Of a stretch of 64,000 nt of DNA, positions 24,601-36,109 are shown piece by piece. The first letter of the stretch is position 1, and the number at the start of each line of letters is the position of its first letter. The position numbers and the translations under genes are program-made. The notes under the pieces were generated by a model that was not told the origin of the DNA, searched no databases, and saw only the letters and a list, made by a program, of their open reading frames with translations. The DNA is from Eledone cirrhosa (Eukaryota), in the NCBI GenBank assembly GCA_964016885.1, contig CAXHJY010000644.1:141549-205548 (forward strand). Direction: 5' to 3'.

Positions 24601-27037
24601 CATCAAAATTGCTGTTACCAATTGGATTCACATGTTCGTATTTACTCGCAAGTTCATACAAACACATGTGCTCCATCGAATCAGGCCTGTTTGGATACCA
24701 ATTTTCGACCATATTCTCGTAATAAAGATCGGTAGAATACGGTTTCAATTTATCCAGTTCATACTGAGGCCTGAACCTGTGGGATCGGTAACTAGGCAAA
24801 TCGGCCCCAATCCAAATGAGGCTTTCAGAGCATCCATAAAAATGGTGGCCAAGCAATTTGTCTGCAGCCTCATAGGCACCTGTATCACGCTTGCCCATCA
24901 GCTTAAGTCCGACACTCTTGTATCTGGAGTAAATGGACTTGGACTTGTCAATCTCAGCCCAAATACCTTCAGTTTCAGTCTTTTCGGACTTTGTCTGATA
25001 ACTAGTAACATATCGGTTTAGAATCATGCTATCTTCACCGATGTATTGGATATCGACATTAGCTTTCCAGACATACAGAACAACAGGATTGTAGTCATTG
25101 ATGCACTCTTCCCCTTGTCGTCTGTCAAGCTTGTACAACTTTTTGACAGCTCTACCTTTGTGTCGAGATTTTATGCACTCGTTGACGCTAAGCAAATTGA
25201 AATTCCCGATAGGACGAGGAAATCCAAACCTGCATCGAGTGTAAAAACGACCACTCGAAAATATTTGCCTTTTGCAGGATCCACTACACACATGTCGTTG
25301 AAAACGCAACACCAAGTCTGACAAAACGGGGCTTTCTACATTGGACGGCATGCGACATGTGATCATGGACTGTATAAACGTCTGAATAGCATACTTGTCG
25401 TCTCTGTCCATAATAGGGCCATCTTTAATCCATAATTTCATATGAACATGCGGAGCACCTCTCATTTGGTATTCCAACCTCCAAAAAAAGTGCTCGACAA
25501 TACCAAACGGAGAATTGGTATGTTTAACAACTTCTTTCATAAAGGTGGTGAACCGATGGTGAAAATGTTCGCTAACAGCCACCACGTCATCCGCGCACAA
25601 CTCATTGGTGCGTTTTCTAGAAATGTCTGGTATGTCAGCATTCAACTTTTCCAGGAACTCTCTCAGATCAGGCCAAAAGTACTCTGCACAAGACAAAGTT
25701 AAGAACAAGTGGGCCGGGCCAAATTTCTCGTCCATAGCCATCAAGTCTGAACATTTTCTAGACCAAAACTGCTTGGAACCACGGACATTGGCCATCATCA
25801 TATTTAAATTGCCCTCTAGGTGCCTGTCATTTTCATGAAGCCGCCTTCTAAACTCGCTTATAGTCATGCGGCTGTTTTTGGTGGTCTTCATGATGGCATA
25901 TATACCAGAATCAATGCCTCTCTTGTCGGCTTTATCAAGACAAAACATGAGATATTGTATATCTCGCCGAAATCTAGAGTCGCTATGATTCAGTCTGTTT
26001 CTTATGAACATGTATGGCTTTACAGCGCCAAACGGTCTATTGTCCACGAAAATGCCAAACTGACCAGTTGGATAAAGACAAGGAAAGCACAACAACTCAA
26101 GTTTTTTATCATTGTCTGCAATGAAATCGCCTTCCACTCTTTTCATTTTGTACAAAGCCAAGTCAGTGTCTGCAGGGAGACACGGATTCATGTCTTTAAC
26201 AGTGTGATGCTCATAGGTAATGCCAGCATTCGATTTAAGTAAAAGATTATCGAATTTGGCATTATTAACTCCCGAGCACTCGACAATGTTTTCATTTTCC
26301 GTATCGGCGTAGCGATTGATCTTAACATCGGCATACATTACATTGTTTGCTGCAAGCCAATCAAGTGCCTTCAATACTTTACTCATGTCTACCATTGAAC
26401 GCCAGATAATTTGTTTCCGCGAAGGCAAGCTATCAACGACTATTTTAAGCATGTCGTCTTGAAGCGCAGGTAACGTATCCATGGTGCGGTTAATAGTTCC
26501 GTCCATAGGCAAAGGCAAGTGAATTGCAATTCCTTTAATAGCAGAAATGCATGCTGAAATATTGCCTTTGAATGAGTATGGCACCAGTTTTATTACATTG
26601 ACGAAACATTTGGCCCGTTGTACAAGTATTCGCTCATATGTATTAAGATCAGCAAGTTCTTTGGGAACGGCAGCAACGCCCAAGCCATTTATTGAGGCCA
26701 TTGAAGGCACCCCACTGTTTCGCAAATGTGTAGTGCATGTTGTGCAGACTGTGCAAGGCAAAGAGTAGTTGGCAGTTATTGCATCCTTTGCAATGGCCGT
26801 TTTAAAATATCTAGAGTTCCAATTATCCCAAACTTTTAGTTCCTTGCTATATTTGCGCAGTTTGCAGATATGACAATGTTGGATTTTATAGTTGGTAATT
26901 TCAGATTGAAATCTTTGAACTTGATTACCATATTTATGAATGACATCTGCATCAGTGTGTTCGACATCATTGAAACCAGTGCACATATTATTGAATTTAA
27001 CTGCAATAGCACGCTCAATGTTGGCAACGTCTGTCAA
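21689..27037 (-). CDS. Helentron-type Rep/PIF1 helicase transposase with C-terminal ubiquitin-specific protease (C19) domain; frame open upstream to ~27127, true start not identified
   Basis: Rep region: LCFPCLYPTG, RGSKQFW, FLTLSC, HUH motif EYQMRGAPHVH (~25442-25475), CRFGFP, YVTSYQTK. Helicase: Walker A GVGGTGKS (~24020-24043), IIIDEISMV, GDLLQLPPV, IHKSQG, YVALSR. USP: Cys box LINERNACFVNSTMQ, QQCAHDF, YLVVYLNRF, His box LIGSVLH...SGHYTS...W.IIND. Confidence 0.92.
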   Translation of the reverse strand: MTDVANIERAIAVKFNNMCTGFNDVEHTDADVIHKYGNQVQRFQSEITNYKIQHCHICKLRKYSKELKVWDNWNSRYFKTAIAKDAITANYSLPCTVCTTCTTHLRNSGVPSMASINGLGVAAVPKELADLNTYERILVQRAKCFVNVIKLVPYSFKGNISACISAIKGIAIHLPLPMDGTINRTMDTLPALQDDMLKIVVDSLPSRKQIIWRSMVDMSKVLKALDWLAANNVMYADVKINRYADTENENIVECSGVNNAKFDNLLLKSNAGITYEHHTVKDMNPCLPADTDLALYKMKRVEGDFIADNDKKLELLCFPCLYPTGQFGIFVDNRPFGAVKPYMFIRNRLNHSDSRFRRDIQYLMFCLDKADKRGIDSGIYAIMKTTKNSRMTISEFRRRLHENDRHLEGNLNMMMANVRGSKQFWSRKCSDLMAMDEKFGPAHLFLTLSCAEYFWPDLREFLEKLNADIPDISRKRTNELCADDVVAVSEHFHHRFTTFMKEVVKHTNSPFGIVEHFFWRLEYQMRGAPHVHMKLWIKDGPIMDRDDKYAIQTFIQSMITCRMPSNVESPVLSDLVLRFQRHVCSGSCKRQIFSSGRFYTRCRFGFPRPIGNFNLLSVNECIKSRHKGRAVKKLYKLDRRQGEECINDYNPVVLYVWKANVDIQYIGEDSMILNRYVTSYQTKSEKTETEGIWAEIDKSKSIYSRYKSVGLKLMGKRDTGAYEAADKLLGHHFYGCSESLIWIGADLPSYRSHRFRPQYELDKLKPYSTDLYYENMVENWYPNRPDSMEHMCLYELASKYEHVNPIGNSNFDDDFRLRNNLGYFKSVKERIVKSPNIRLTADTCERYHHNLLMLFKPWRDEEKDLLGGCETYKESFEQCANHLSEMVRFQNVRKRLENALEQAKHIQNEPQSHDNDDHSCGDHMEALAVDDANVDLPCMRDVNEDALRHKENKLNEVQRKIYDDIVAGIDKQDKHWDNSKPYPRCSCDDCPQVLKFVSGVGGTGKSFLINVLADKIQYMYPNDNGPSVVISAPTGMAAFQLNGMTVHRMLKLKVQHGKTPVYDDLPKDFLKMLRMGLQYVRLIIIDEISMVSHLQLAFIHLRLCQLFCDFAQGISPFGRMNIVVFGDLLQLPPVREKPVFNKVTHQDAQRSCIGVSSHHLWRYFKYDELTVNMRQKEDLDNYVDMLGRIRLGSPLDSDIEILNKHRIDLNGKASIDQVAYKMCELIQTSNLSIVCIMPLNESVEKFNAAMLNKLGINTVELMAIDSNMRQTKCQKKTIRKKLTTKKTSDTAGLETVLKVGVNARVMLKRNIDLEKGLCNGAMGTVKQLNYEFGKITSIDVLFESTNQIVAIKRVKADYELSPSVFITREQYPLCIAYAISIHKSQGISVDGVVVDLGTGVFADGMAYVALSRARKLCNVYLIDLDPTSLIMCDSSAWREYNYLRETINMGPLPLCNVRPNSIGQAKKATKKSKFAINIDSGMVNLANPKKARTEKTVAKPYISLINERNACFVNSTMQVIRQLVLLVEHIQSTDDVAIREISDIISSSGTKSVANLRNILGGRFNNGTQQCAHDFWKHIYQLFSKKIKQLFTFEENTWLSCTRKHEHNCPRLHNDECYCASINGCGTCTYITDVKSDLTLQPVNGRQQFKSLLKTDVSLIKRCDLCGIDTEHFGTVNHVFPNTMRYLVVYLNRFEYTNNQMIRIDSELMNFSPNKQSIYGQKFRLIGSVLHSLASADSGHYTSIVRNQDRWDIINDAVFSKQYIGFPSKLLNNYLLFLEKLN

Positions 27038-27144
27038 ATTCTCAAAGTTGGTCCAATCGCCATTGAAAACAGCTTCATTGTACTTGTTGAGCCAAATACA
27101 TAAGGACCGAACTCTTTGCTTGAAATTTTATCATTCTTCGTTTT

Positions 27145-27309
<165 letters not shown>

Positions 27310-27924
27310 GAGATTTATCTAGTCCTTCGCTCAAGATTAATCTATAAGTTTAGATGTTTGCCTTCGTTTAAGTAAATATTACAGTAAGATTTTTAATATA
27401 AACAACTACAAAAAACAATTAATATTAAACGAAAAAAGTATCAATGATAAAAGAAGCGGATGCAACTTTTTTTTTTATAAAGTTATATTCCTGTTTCTTT
27501 AAAGAACATTTCATTTTTGTTCTATTGTAGGCGAAATAATGCAATGGTTTAATAGGGAAGATATAACTTACGAATTATGTCTCTAACCGTGTAACGCTTT
27601 TTAAGTAGATAACTACAATTGAAAATACTAAAGAAATGGAACCAACAATTCAATTTGAAAGTCGTCTAGTGACAGTGTATTACTGGTACTTTATTTTATC
27701 GACCCCGTAACGATGAAAGGCAAAAATGCAAATGCTTAAAATTTAAATTGCCTTAATTCTATCGTCTGCTGTTTCATTAAAGGGAGATTATCGTCTGTAT
27801 TTAATTCTATCGTCTACTGTTCCACTAAACAGATATACCTCCACTATCGTCTCTATTTATACATTTTAACTTATAACTTATACACATTTGATTTGAAATA
27901 TTTTATCTAGTCCCCCCTCTCAAT

Positions 27925-27972
27925 ATTATGATGATTTCTTTCGAATGAAACAGTTCTAGTCCTGTAGAAGCC
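27925..27972 (+). other. Decayed PLE hammerhead fragment carried inside the Helentron 5' region (also at ~39055-39100, minus)
   Basis: aTGATGA-TTTC...GAAT-GAAACAGTTCTAGTCCTGTAGAAGC. C3 and the 5' strand of stem I are lost. Confidence 0.65.
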
Positions 27973-28719
27973 ATTTATATATATAATTGAACTGAGTTAA
28001 AAATTCACAATATTTATAATTAAATAAGCTCATATATATATGTGTGTATTTATCTGTTTATTGTATTATATATAATGTGTGTATATACAGGATGTCCCCC
28101 AAAAATATATACACACTTCAACAGCATTCTAATAACTATTGCCTGTACAGGTAATCAAAGTGTCAATCGAATGTTAGTTTCGTGTTTTAACAGTACAAAT
28201 TTACAATACACACATAAAACCAGTGTATATACATACATGAGTGTGTATACACATACATGAATGTGTATATACAATATATATGTATATATATATATATAGA
28301 CACATATATTCACGGTGCAACGGTACATTAAAATATAGATGCGGGAGAGGGGGGGTGTATATATAGGGGCGCTGGGGATAAAGGAGTGTAAAGCGTGTGT
28401 AATTGATATATTGAAGGAGAGGAGCGTGCAGCGATAGAGTAACAAATATATAGAGAGGGGGAGAGATGGTATTGAAGGGGAGGAGTGCAAAGCGAAAGAG
28501 TAAGAGATATAAATAGAGACGGAACAGATAGAGAGAAACAGGCGTAAGTAACAGTGGAAGAGATATAGAGAGAGGTACTCTGATTGGTTGAAAATTAGCC
28601 AATGACATACGATCACCACCACCACGGCTATCCCCGAAAATTTTTTTAGATAAGCTAGGCATATATGTTAGAACACGAAAAGTGAACATTCTGTTGTTTC
28701 ACACTTTTCGTGTTCTAAC

Positions 28720-28756
<37 letters not shown>

Positions 28757-28759
28757 CAT

Positions 28760-28796
<37 letters not shown>

Positions 28797-28803
28797 CATA
28801 CAT

Positions 28804-28852
<49 letters not shown>

Positions 28853-28859
28853 CATACAT

Positions 28860-28912
<53 letters not shown>

Positions 28913-28919
28913 CATACAT

Positions 28920-28952
<33 letters not shown>

Positions 28953-28963
28953 CATACATACAT

Positions 28964-28998
<35 letters not shown>

Positions 28999-29048
28999 CA
29001 TACATATACATACATACATATATATATATATATACATACACATATATA

Positions 29049-29978
29049 TTCCTTCCTTGCTCACATTTCAACCAGGTTTGATGGTCTTTATTCTCTCGTT
29101 CACGATTTCACCGAACTTAAATTCATAGAAATCTGGGACTTGTCTCTTTCTTCCTCACTTTCTGTTGCTTCACCATTTTGTTTGTTTACCCTCGCGTCCC
29201 CTTCATTTACGTGTCTCAACGACTTTTTTTTAGCCGTTGCTCGCACCAACCGGATGTATATGGTCTTTAAAGCGATGAAATGCCTATGATGGTTGGAAGA
29301 TCACTGATGAAGGACAAACTTTTTTCATATGTAACCCATTTGCAACTCCGCAGCGCCCTTATTATCATATTTACACATATTTTTTCCTCTGCTGCTACAC
29401 CGTCTTTTTCGTTCTATGTATCTTTACCCTTTCTAGCAGTCTCTCTCTGTTAGCCTCTTCCTCACCCTTCACTCACTCATTCTCTGTCACTACCTCTCCT
29501 CCTCTTTCTTCCCGTTTGACCTGTGAGTAATTCTTTTCTCTCGCACTCTCGGCCAAGCTGGTCGGAATTTTTTCTCTCTCTCGTCTACGATTTCACAGAA
29601 CTTATGTTTACCGAATTCGCAGACCAGACCCCTTCTTCCTCCCGTTAGACCTTTGCGAAATTCCTTCCTTGCTCACATTTCAACCAGGTTTGATGGTCTT
29701 TATTCTCTCGTTCACGATTTCACCGAACTTAAATTCATAGAAATCTGGGACTTGTCTCTTTCTTCCTCACTTTCTGTTGCTTCACCATTTTGTTTGTTTA
29801 CCCTCGCGTCCCCTTTATTTACGTGTCCCAACGACTTTTTTTAGCCGTTGCTCGCACCAACCGGAGGTATATGGTCTTTAAAGCGATGAAATGTCTATGA
29901 TGGTTGGAAGATCACTGATGAAGGACAAACTTTTTTCATATGTAACCCATTTGCAACTCCGCAGCGCCCTTATTATCA
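29049..29978 (+). repeat. Partial tandem repeat with 612-bp period (~1.5 units) and a permuted hammerhead-like core
   Basis: TTCCTTCCTTGCTCAC at 29049 and 29661. GAAA-tgyc-TA-TGAT...ATCA-CTGATGA at 29277-29310 and 29888-29921. Confidence 0.85.
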
Positions 29979-30122
29979 TATATATATATATACATACATA
30001 CACACACACATATATATACATACATACACACACATATATATATACATACATACACACACATATATATATACATATATATATATACATACATATATATATA
30101 TACATACATACATACACATATA

Positions 30123-33100
30123 TCTATATATATAATTTCCGTTCTGTGTGTGTGTGTAAAAGAGTTTCACTTGGAAAATATTCCATCCATCTCTGTCAAA
30201 TTAAACACATAGCCAAAATAGGCTACGGTTTGTAACATAAAGAAAAAATTATTTCATAATGATTAATTTCGAAGTCACAAACTTCGATTTTATAATCTTA
30301 TAGGCTTTTGCACTAACAAATTCCATGACGGCCATTAGAGAGAGCGTTCCTTTTACACACTTCTTAACTGTCCCCCTTCCACAACACGACGTTATGGGAT
30401 GGTATGTGTATGTGCGTGTGTATATGTGTGTGTATGTGTTTGTGTGTGTATGTGTGCATGCATGTGTGTGTATGTGTGCATGCATGTGTGTGTGTGTAAT
30501 TTCCATTACGGCCAGAGAGAGAAGGATGTGTGAGAGGGAGATAGAAAGAGAGGAGTGAGAGAGAGTAAAATAAAGAAAGAGAGGAGTGTGTGTGACGCGA
30601 ATATATTAAATACAGCGTTTATAATTTTAACTTATTTATTACTCTTCTTAACTCTCCCCCTTCCACAACGTCACGTCTTGGGATTGTGTGCGTATGTGTG
30701 TGTGTTTGTGTATATGTGTGTGTATGTTTGTGTGTGTATGTGTTTGTGTGTACGTGCGTATGTGTGTGCGTGTGTGTGTGTGTATGTGTATAAATGTGTT
30801 AATTGTAAGAAATAACACGATACTTGAGCGATAAATACAGTGTTTATAATGTTAACTTATTTATTACACTTCTTAACTCTCCCCCTTCCACAACGTCACG
30901 TCTTGGGATTGTGTGTGTATGTGTGTGTGTGTATGTGTGTGCGTGTGTGCATGTGTGTGTATGTGTAGAAATGTGTTAATTGAAAGAAATAACAGACGAT
31001 ACTTTTTATTCAAAAATTAAACGCTAAAGCAGTTTTGATGTCATAAATCATATTTTCAAAGTGAAAATCGTCATTTCTTTAATACTTATTCAGAGGTTGA
31101 AATATATTTACTGTTTGTCTTTTGGTTTTTTATCAAATATTTACACATTGCTCAACCGACACTGCTAAACACGATATTAGCAAAATTATTTTGTAAGTAT
31201 GAAAATCTAATATATAATTCCCGTGTAGAAAAAGCAGATGATAAAATATACTTTTTCGTCTTGCTTATTATTACAAAAATTTACACATTGTACACAACTA
31301 TTTATTTCTTTTAATTGATTTGTATCAGCTTTATTCAATTACATATTTTCGGTAGAATGCCTCGAAAAAGAAAGAGTAACATTGGAAAAAAAAACAAAAA
31401 ATGCTTTTGCTTTGCGTTCTTTGCGCGCAAGCGAAACAGAAGAACAATGTGTGCTACGGCGTGCTCGCAATGCTGCTTCTACCTCGATCGCCAGAGCATT
31501 ACAAACAACTGAACAAGCAGAACTCCGGCGTGCTCACAATGCTGCCTCTACTTTGAACATCAGAGCATTACAGAAAGCTGAACAAGCAGAACTCCGGCGT
31601 GCTCGCAATGCTGCTTCTAATTCCAATAGCCGTGCTTTAGAGACTGTTGACCAAAGGGCAACAAGGCTTGCGGCTGATTCTCAACGGAAAATGCGTACTT
31701 ATGTCTTTCTGAGGGATTCTTCCTGTTACTGGTCTAAGAAAGGTTTTCAATACAACCCCCAAGAGGACTACGCATCCCATCCACATATCATCATTGGTAG
31801 TATGTCAACAGTTTGCGTCCATTGTAATGCAATGAGGTGGCCAGCTGAATCTACCGGTATATGTTGCTCCAATGGAACGGTTAGATTGCCTTATTTACAA
31901 GTCGGTGCCGAACCTTTGAATTCTCTGCTGCTTGGAGACCACCCTGATTCTAAACACTTTTTCAGAAATATAAGAGCCTACAATTCGGCTTTCCAAATGA
32001 CAAGCTTTGGTCATACAACAATAAAAAGATGGGAATTATATGTCCACATTTAAAGTGCAAAGCCAAATTTACCATCAAATAGGATCACTTATTCCACAAG
32101 ATGGCAAAGAACACAGTTTTCTCCAGATCTACTTTATGGGCAACGGACCTGAAGAAATTGCACGAAGGGCTTCAGTTGCTAAAGGAACGACACCTTCTCT
32201 TCTGCAGCCCCTTCAATATATGCTTCATTCCATAAACCCGTACATCACCATTTTCAAAACTGCTTTACAACGTAGAGATGCTAACAACAATCAATATAAG
32301 GTTGTCATTCGAAATGACCGCGCTCCACCAGGGCAACATCAGGGTTGCTTTAATAGACCCCAAACCGATGAAGTTGCGGTGATTATAACACGTCCTAATC
32401 AGAGCGCTTCAAACCGTGATATTGTTATTGAATGGCAGGACTCGCATCTTCAAAAAATAAATGAATTTCATCCCGCATATGATGCTCTCCAGTATCCATT
32501 GCTGTTCCCCTTTGGCGACGATGGCTACCGCATTGATTTGCAAAAGGGTAATCCTGTAAGTTTAATGCATCTTACACCAGGGAAAACCATTTCACAAATG
32601 GAATTTTATGCATTTAGACTTATGTTTCGCAAAAACGATGTCAACATTCTGCATAGAACACGGATGCTCCTCAATCAATACTGTGTAGACATATTTGCTA
32701 AGATTGACACTGAACGCCTCCAATGGATAAGACATCATCAAAAGGAACTGCGTTCAGAAGAATACGGCAATCTACGTGACGAAGTAAACCGAAATGATCA
32801 GGCTAATGCTTCGGATGTTGGGCTTTCTGTCATTCTCCCATCATCATACACTGGAGGCCCCCGTTACATGCATGAAAAAATGCAAGATGCTCTGACCTAT
32901 GTCCACCATTGTGGCCGTCCTGATCTTTTTATCACCTTTACATGCAATCCAAAATGGTTTGACATCCAGTCTCATTTACTGTTTGTCTTTCGGTTATTAA
33001 TTAAAAAAATTACACATTGTTCAACCGACACGGCTAACGATACATTTCTCTATGTTCACATTTTAATGACACATATCTGTAAATAAAACTTGCTCTTTTT

Positions 33101-33244
33101 GAATACCGTCTCATTTTTTTTAATTGAAAGAGTTGATCAGGTAAAATTATCCTCCAAGTTAAACATACAACACGGAAATTGACCATTAACATTGCAGCCC
33201 TACCAAGAACTGACACCGTCCAATGGACGGGAGTCATTTGCTAG
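30123..33244 (+). mobile_element. Classical Helitron (Helitron1), internally deleted
   Basis: 5' A|TCTATATATATAA. 3' hairpin TGAC-a-CCGTCC-aat-GGACGG-ga-GTCA (33211-33236) followed by CTAG|T. Internal subrepeats at ~30359, 30641 and 30868. Confidence 0.9.
31358..32975 (+). pseudogene. Helitron1 RepHel N-terminal portion, frameshifted and truncated before the HUH motif
   Basis: MPRKRKSN start, EQAELRRARNAA repeats, CVHC...CC.NG zinc finger, FFRNIRAYNSAFQMTSFG, YDALQYPLLFP.G, ILPSSYTGGPRYM, PDLFITFTCNPKW. Confidence 0.9.
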
Positions 33245-33257
33245 TATATATATATAT

Positions 33258-33294
<37 letters not shown>

Positions 33295-33597
33295 CATACA
33301 CACACACACACACACACATATATACATACACACACACACACACACATATATATACATACACACACACACACACATATATATATACATACACACACACATA
33401 TATATATACATACACACACACATATATATATACATACACACACATATATATATATACATACACACACACACACACATATATATATACATACACACACACA
33501 CACATATATATATACATACACACACACACACACATATATATATATACATACACACACACATATATATATACATACACACACACATATATATATACAT

Positions 33598-33635
<38 letters not shown>

Positions 33636-33667
33636 ACACACACATATATATATACATACATACACAC

Positions 33668-33699
<32 letters not shown>

Positions 33700-33737
33700 A
33701 TACACACACACACACACATATATATACACACACACAC

Positions 33738-33770
<33 letters not shown>

Positions 33771-33775
33771 TATAT

Positions 33776-33902
<127 letters not shown>

Positions 33903-33905
33903 CAT

Positions 33906-33940
<35 letters not shown>

Positions 33941-34005
33941 CATACACACACACACGTATATATATATATACATACACACACACACATATATATATATATA
34001 TACAT

Positions 34006-34036
<31 letters not shown>

Positions 34037-34037
34037 C

Positions 34038-34097
<60 letters not shown>

Positions 34098-34102
<5 letters not shown>

Positions 34103-34935
34103 GGAGCCGCAGAAAGCCAAATACTGGATTTTACCAACCTTCCAGGGGTCCGGGTAAATTTTCAATACCCGAATTACTTGATCGTTTTTTGGGGGGGCTA
34201 TGCGAATGATTGTTTAACCATCGTCTCAGTGTGTTTGGCCTTTAACGTTTGTTATAGCTCTGGTTCATCTGAATCATTGAGCACTTGCCTCACATCTCGG
34301 AGGTTGTTTTTCGTTATTTCGTGGGCCGAAATGTGAATCTCGATAATTTATGTTTGTATTTATCTCCAGACTCTAGCTATTGACCAGTTAATTTTCTTGA
34401 TTTTTTAGTTGATTCTATTGACTGGTGAATAGCTTATGTTAATTGTAACCCTTCTGTTGAGAACTCTATTCGATTTGTGATGTTTTTGCATTCTTGCAAG
34501 AATATACACAACTGAATTTATTCGCCTGATATAGGGGCTGCCTCCCTTGCCGATCCCCACGTGGAGTCAGCAATAGTCAGTCCTTGTATTAACATTGAAC
34601 TAAAACCTGTTGGGAAAGTGGCTTCCTTGTTCTTACCAGAAGCCTGACATTATTTATGTAAGCGGACGGTACTTGATTTAGGAGCCGCAGAAACCCAAAT
34701 ACTGGATTTTACCAACCTTCCAGGGGTCCGGGTAAATTTTCAATACCCGAATTACTTGATCGTTTTTTTTTTTGGCTATGCGAATGATTGTTTAACCATC
34801 GTCTCAGTGTGTTTGGCATTTAACGTTTGTTATAGCTCTGGTTCATCTGAATCATTGAACACTTGCCTCACATCTCAGAGGTTGTTTTTCGTTATTTCGT
34901 GGGCCGAAATGCGAATCTCGATAATTTATGTTTTA
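34098..34935. repeat. Partial tandem duplication with ~579-bp period, pLTR-like and of unknown family
   Basis: ATTTAGGAGCCGCAGAAA at ~34098 and ~34677, with ~255 bp repeated. Bounded by microsatellites. Confidence 0.75.
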
Positions 34936-34954
34936 TATATATATATATATATAC

Positions 34955-35930
34955 GTGGGAAAGTAAGAAATCGGAGAATAGACCGTTAAAACATGTTTAT
35001 TTAAAACAGCACCTACGTACGTTTCGCCCAGTTGGGCTTCTCAGGGGCATAAATAATCAAAAGTGTTCCTTATATTGCTCGGAAAGAGTTTTGGGGGTTA
35101 AATCCACATCAAGGTTCATTGCTCGCAAAAATAGCTTGTTTTGATTTTGCAGCAGGTCAAGGGAGGTAACTCTGGCCGGTGTTAGGGCAGTCTTTCATGG
35201 ACAAATTTTTTTTTTTTTTTGCCGCATCTGTTTGTCTGAGTCGTTTGAGGCTGGGTCTGGTATGCAAGGATTGTTTCCTGGGTGTTATTTTGCAGCGCCT
35301 TCCCGCCGGGGTGTTAAGACTTGTTGCAGGGAGATCCGGTGCACGGTTTCACTCCTCATCCTTAACCCATCTGAAGTAGGATATTTTTAAGCGATGTGTA
35401 CAACTTATCGCTGTTTCAGCTCTGCTGTTGATGAGCTCGTGGGGTGCAGTTATGATGTAGTCGAGCTCCATGAGGCAAAGATTGCATTTCCTCTTGAAGT
35501 TGTACGGTGCAGCCCTGCCGACAATCTCCCAGTGCATGGAGAAGCTGATGTTTAAATCCTTTAGTGATGTCCGCGAGCGAAGTGGAGTGTCTTAGTTTTC
35601 TATTTGTGAAAGAGTGGAGATGTGTTCGAAACCTAATTTTGAACGGGCCGGAGGTAGCCCCTATATAATGTTTAACGCTATTGTGGCTAGTAATAGTGAA
35701 TTTATATATAACCCTATCAGTCAAGCAGTATCCTCTAAGGGGGCAGCGTCCTCTGTCGCGGCAGTTGCAATTTCTGTCGCGGTTCCGTCTATTTCCCATG
35801 GTAAGGTTATCATTGTTGCTGCTTACGTTGTTACCTACGCTACCGCAGCTGTCGTTAGCACCATTACAACCCACAGCACGCGAGGTGGTGCGATTGTTAT
35901 TCCGCACGTCATGTCCTGCATGTTCCCCAG
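34955..35930 (-). mobile_element. Penelope-like (Hydra-clade-like) 3' fragment: GIY-YIG pseudogene plus pLTR with a degenerate HHR at ~35009-35050
   Basis: NCNCRDRGRCPLRGYC..VIYK..YIGATS..FK.R...H..SF and CNLC. The minus strand reads CTGAGAA-GCCC-AACT-GGGC-GAAA-CGTACG-TA. Confidence 0.8.
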
Positions 35931-36109
35931 TCTTTCCCGGCGGGATTTGAACTCAAAGTACCAGTAATGCACTGGGATAATTGCTGGCCTTGTGCCAAAA
36001 GTAGAAACAATTATTATCTGGTCTTCTTGATTAAATGGTAAACTCTGAAATAACTTTCTTCCCAAGAACAAGTGACTGTGTTAACTATTACTCCTGGTTC
36101 TACATGAAA

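Noticed and set aside
21875-26768. Plus-strand ORFs overlapping the RepHel gene, and similar antisense ORFs over the LINEs
   Set aside because: Short shadow frames with no recognisable motifs.
21689-27037. Viral or bacterial contaminant origin of the helicase ORF
   Set aside because: The HUH-Y2 plus PIF1 architecture, Helitron-like termini and a second copy embedded among host repeats indicate an integrated transposon.
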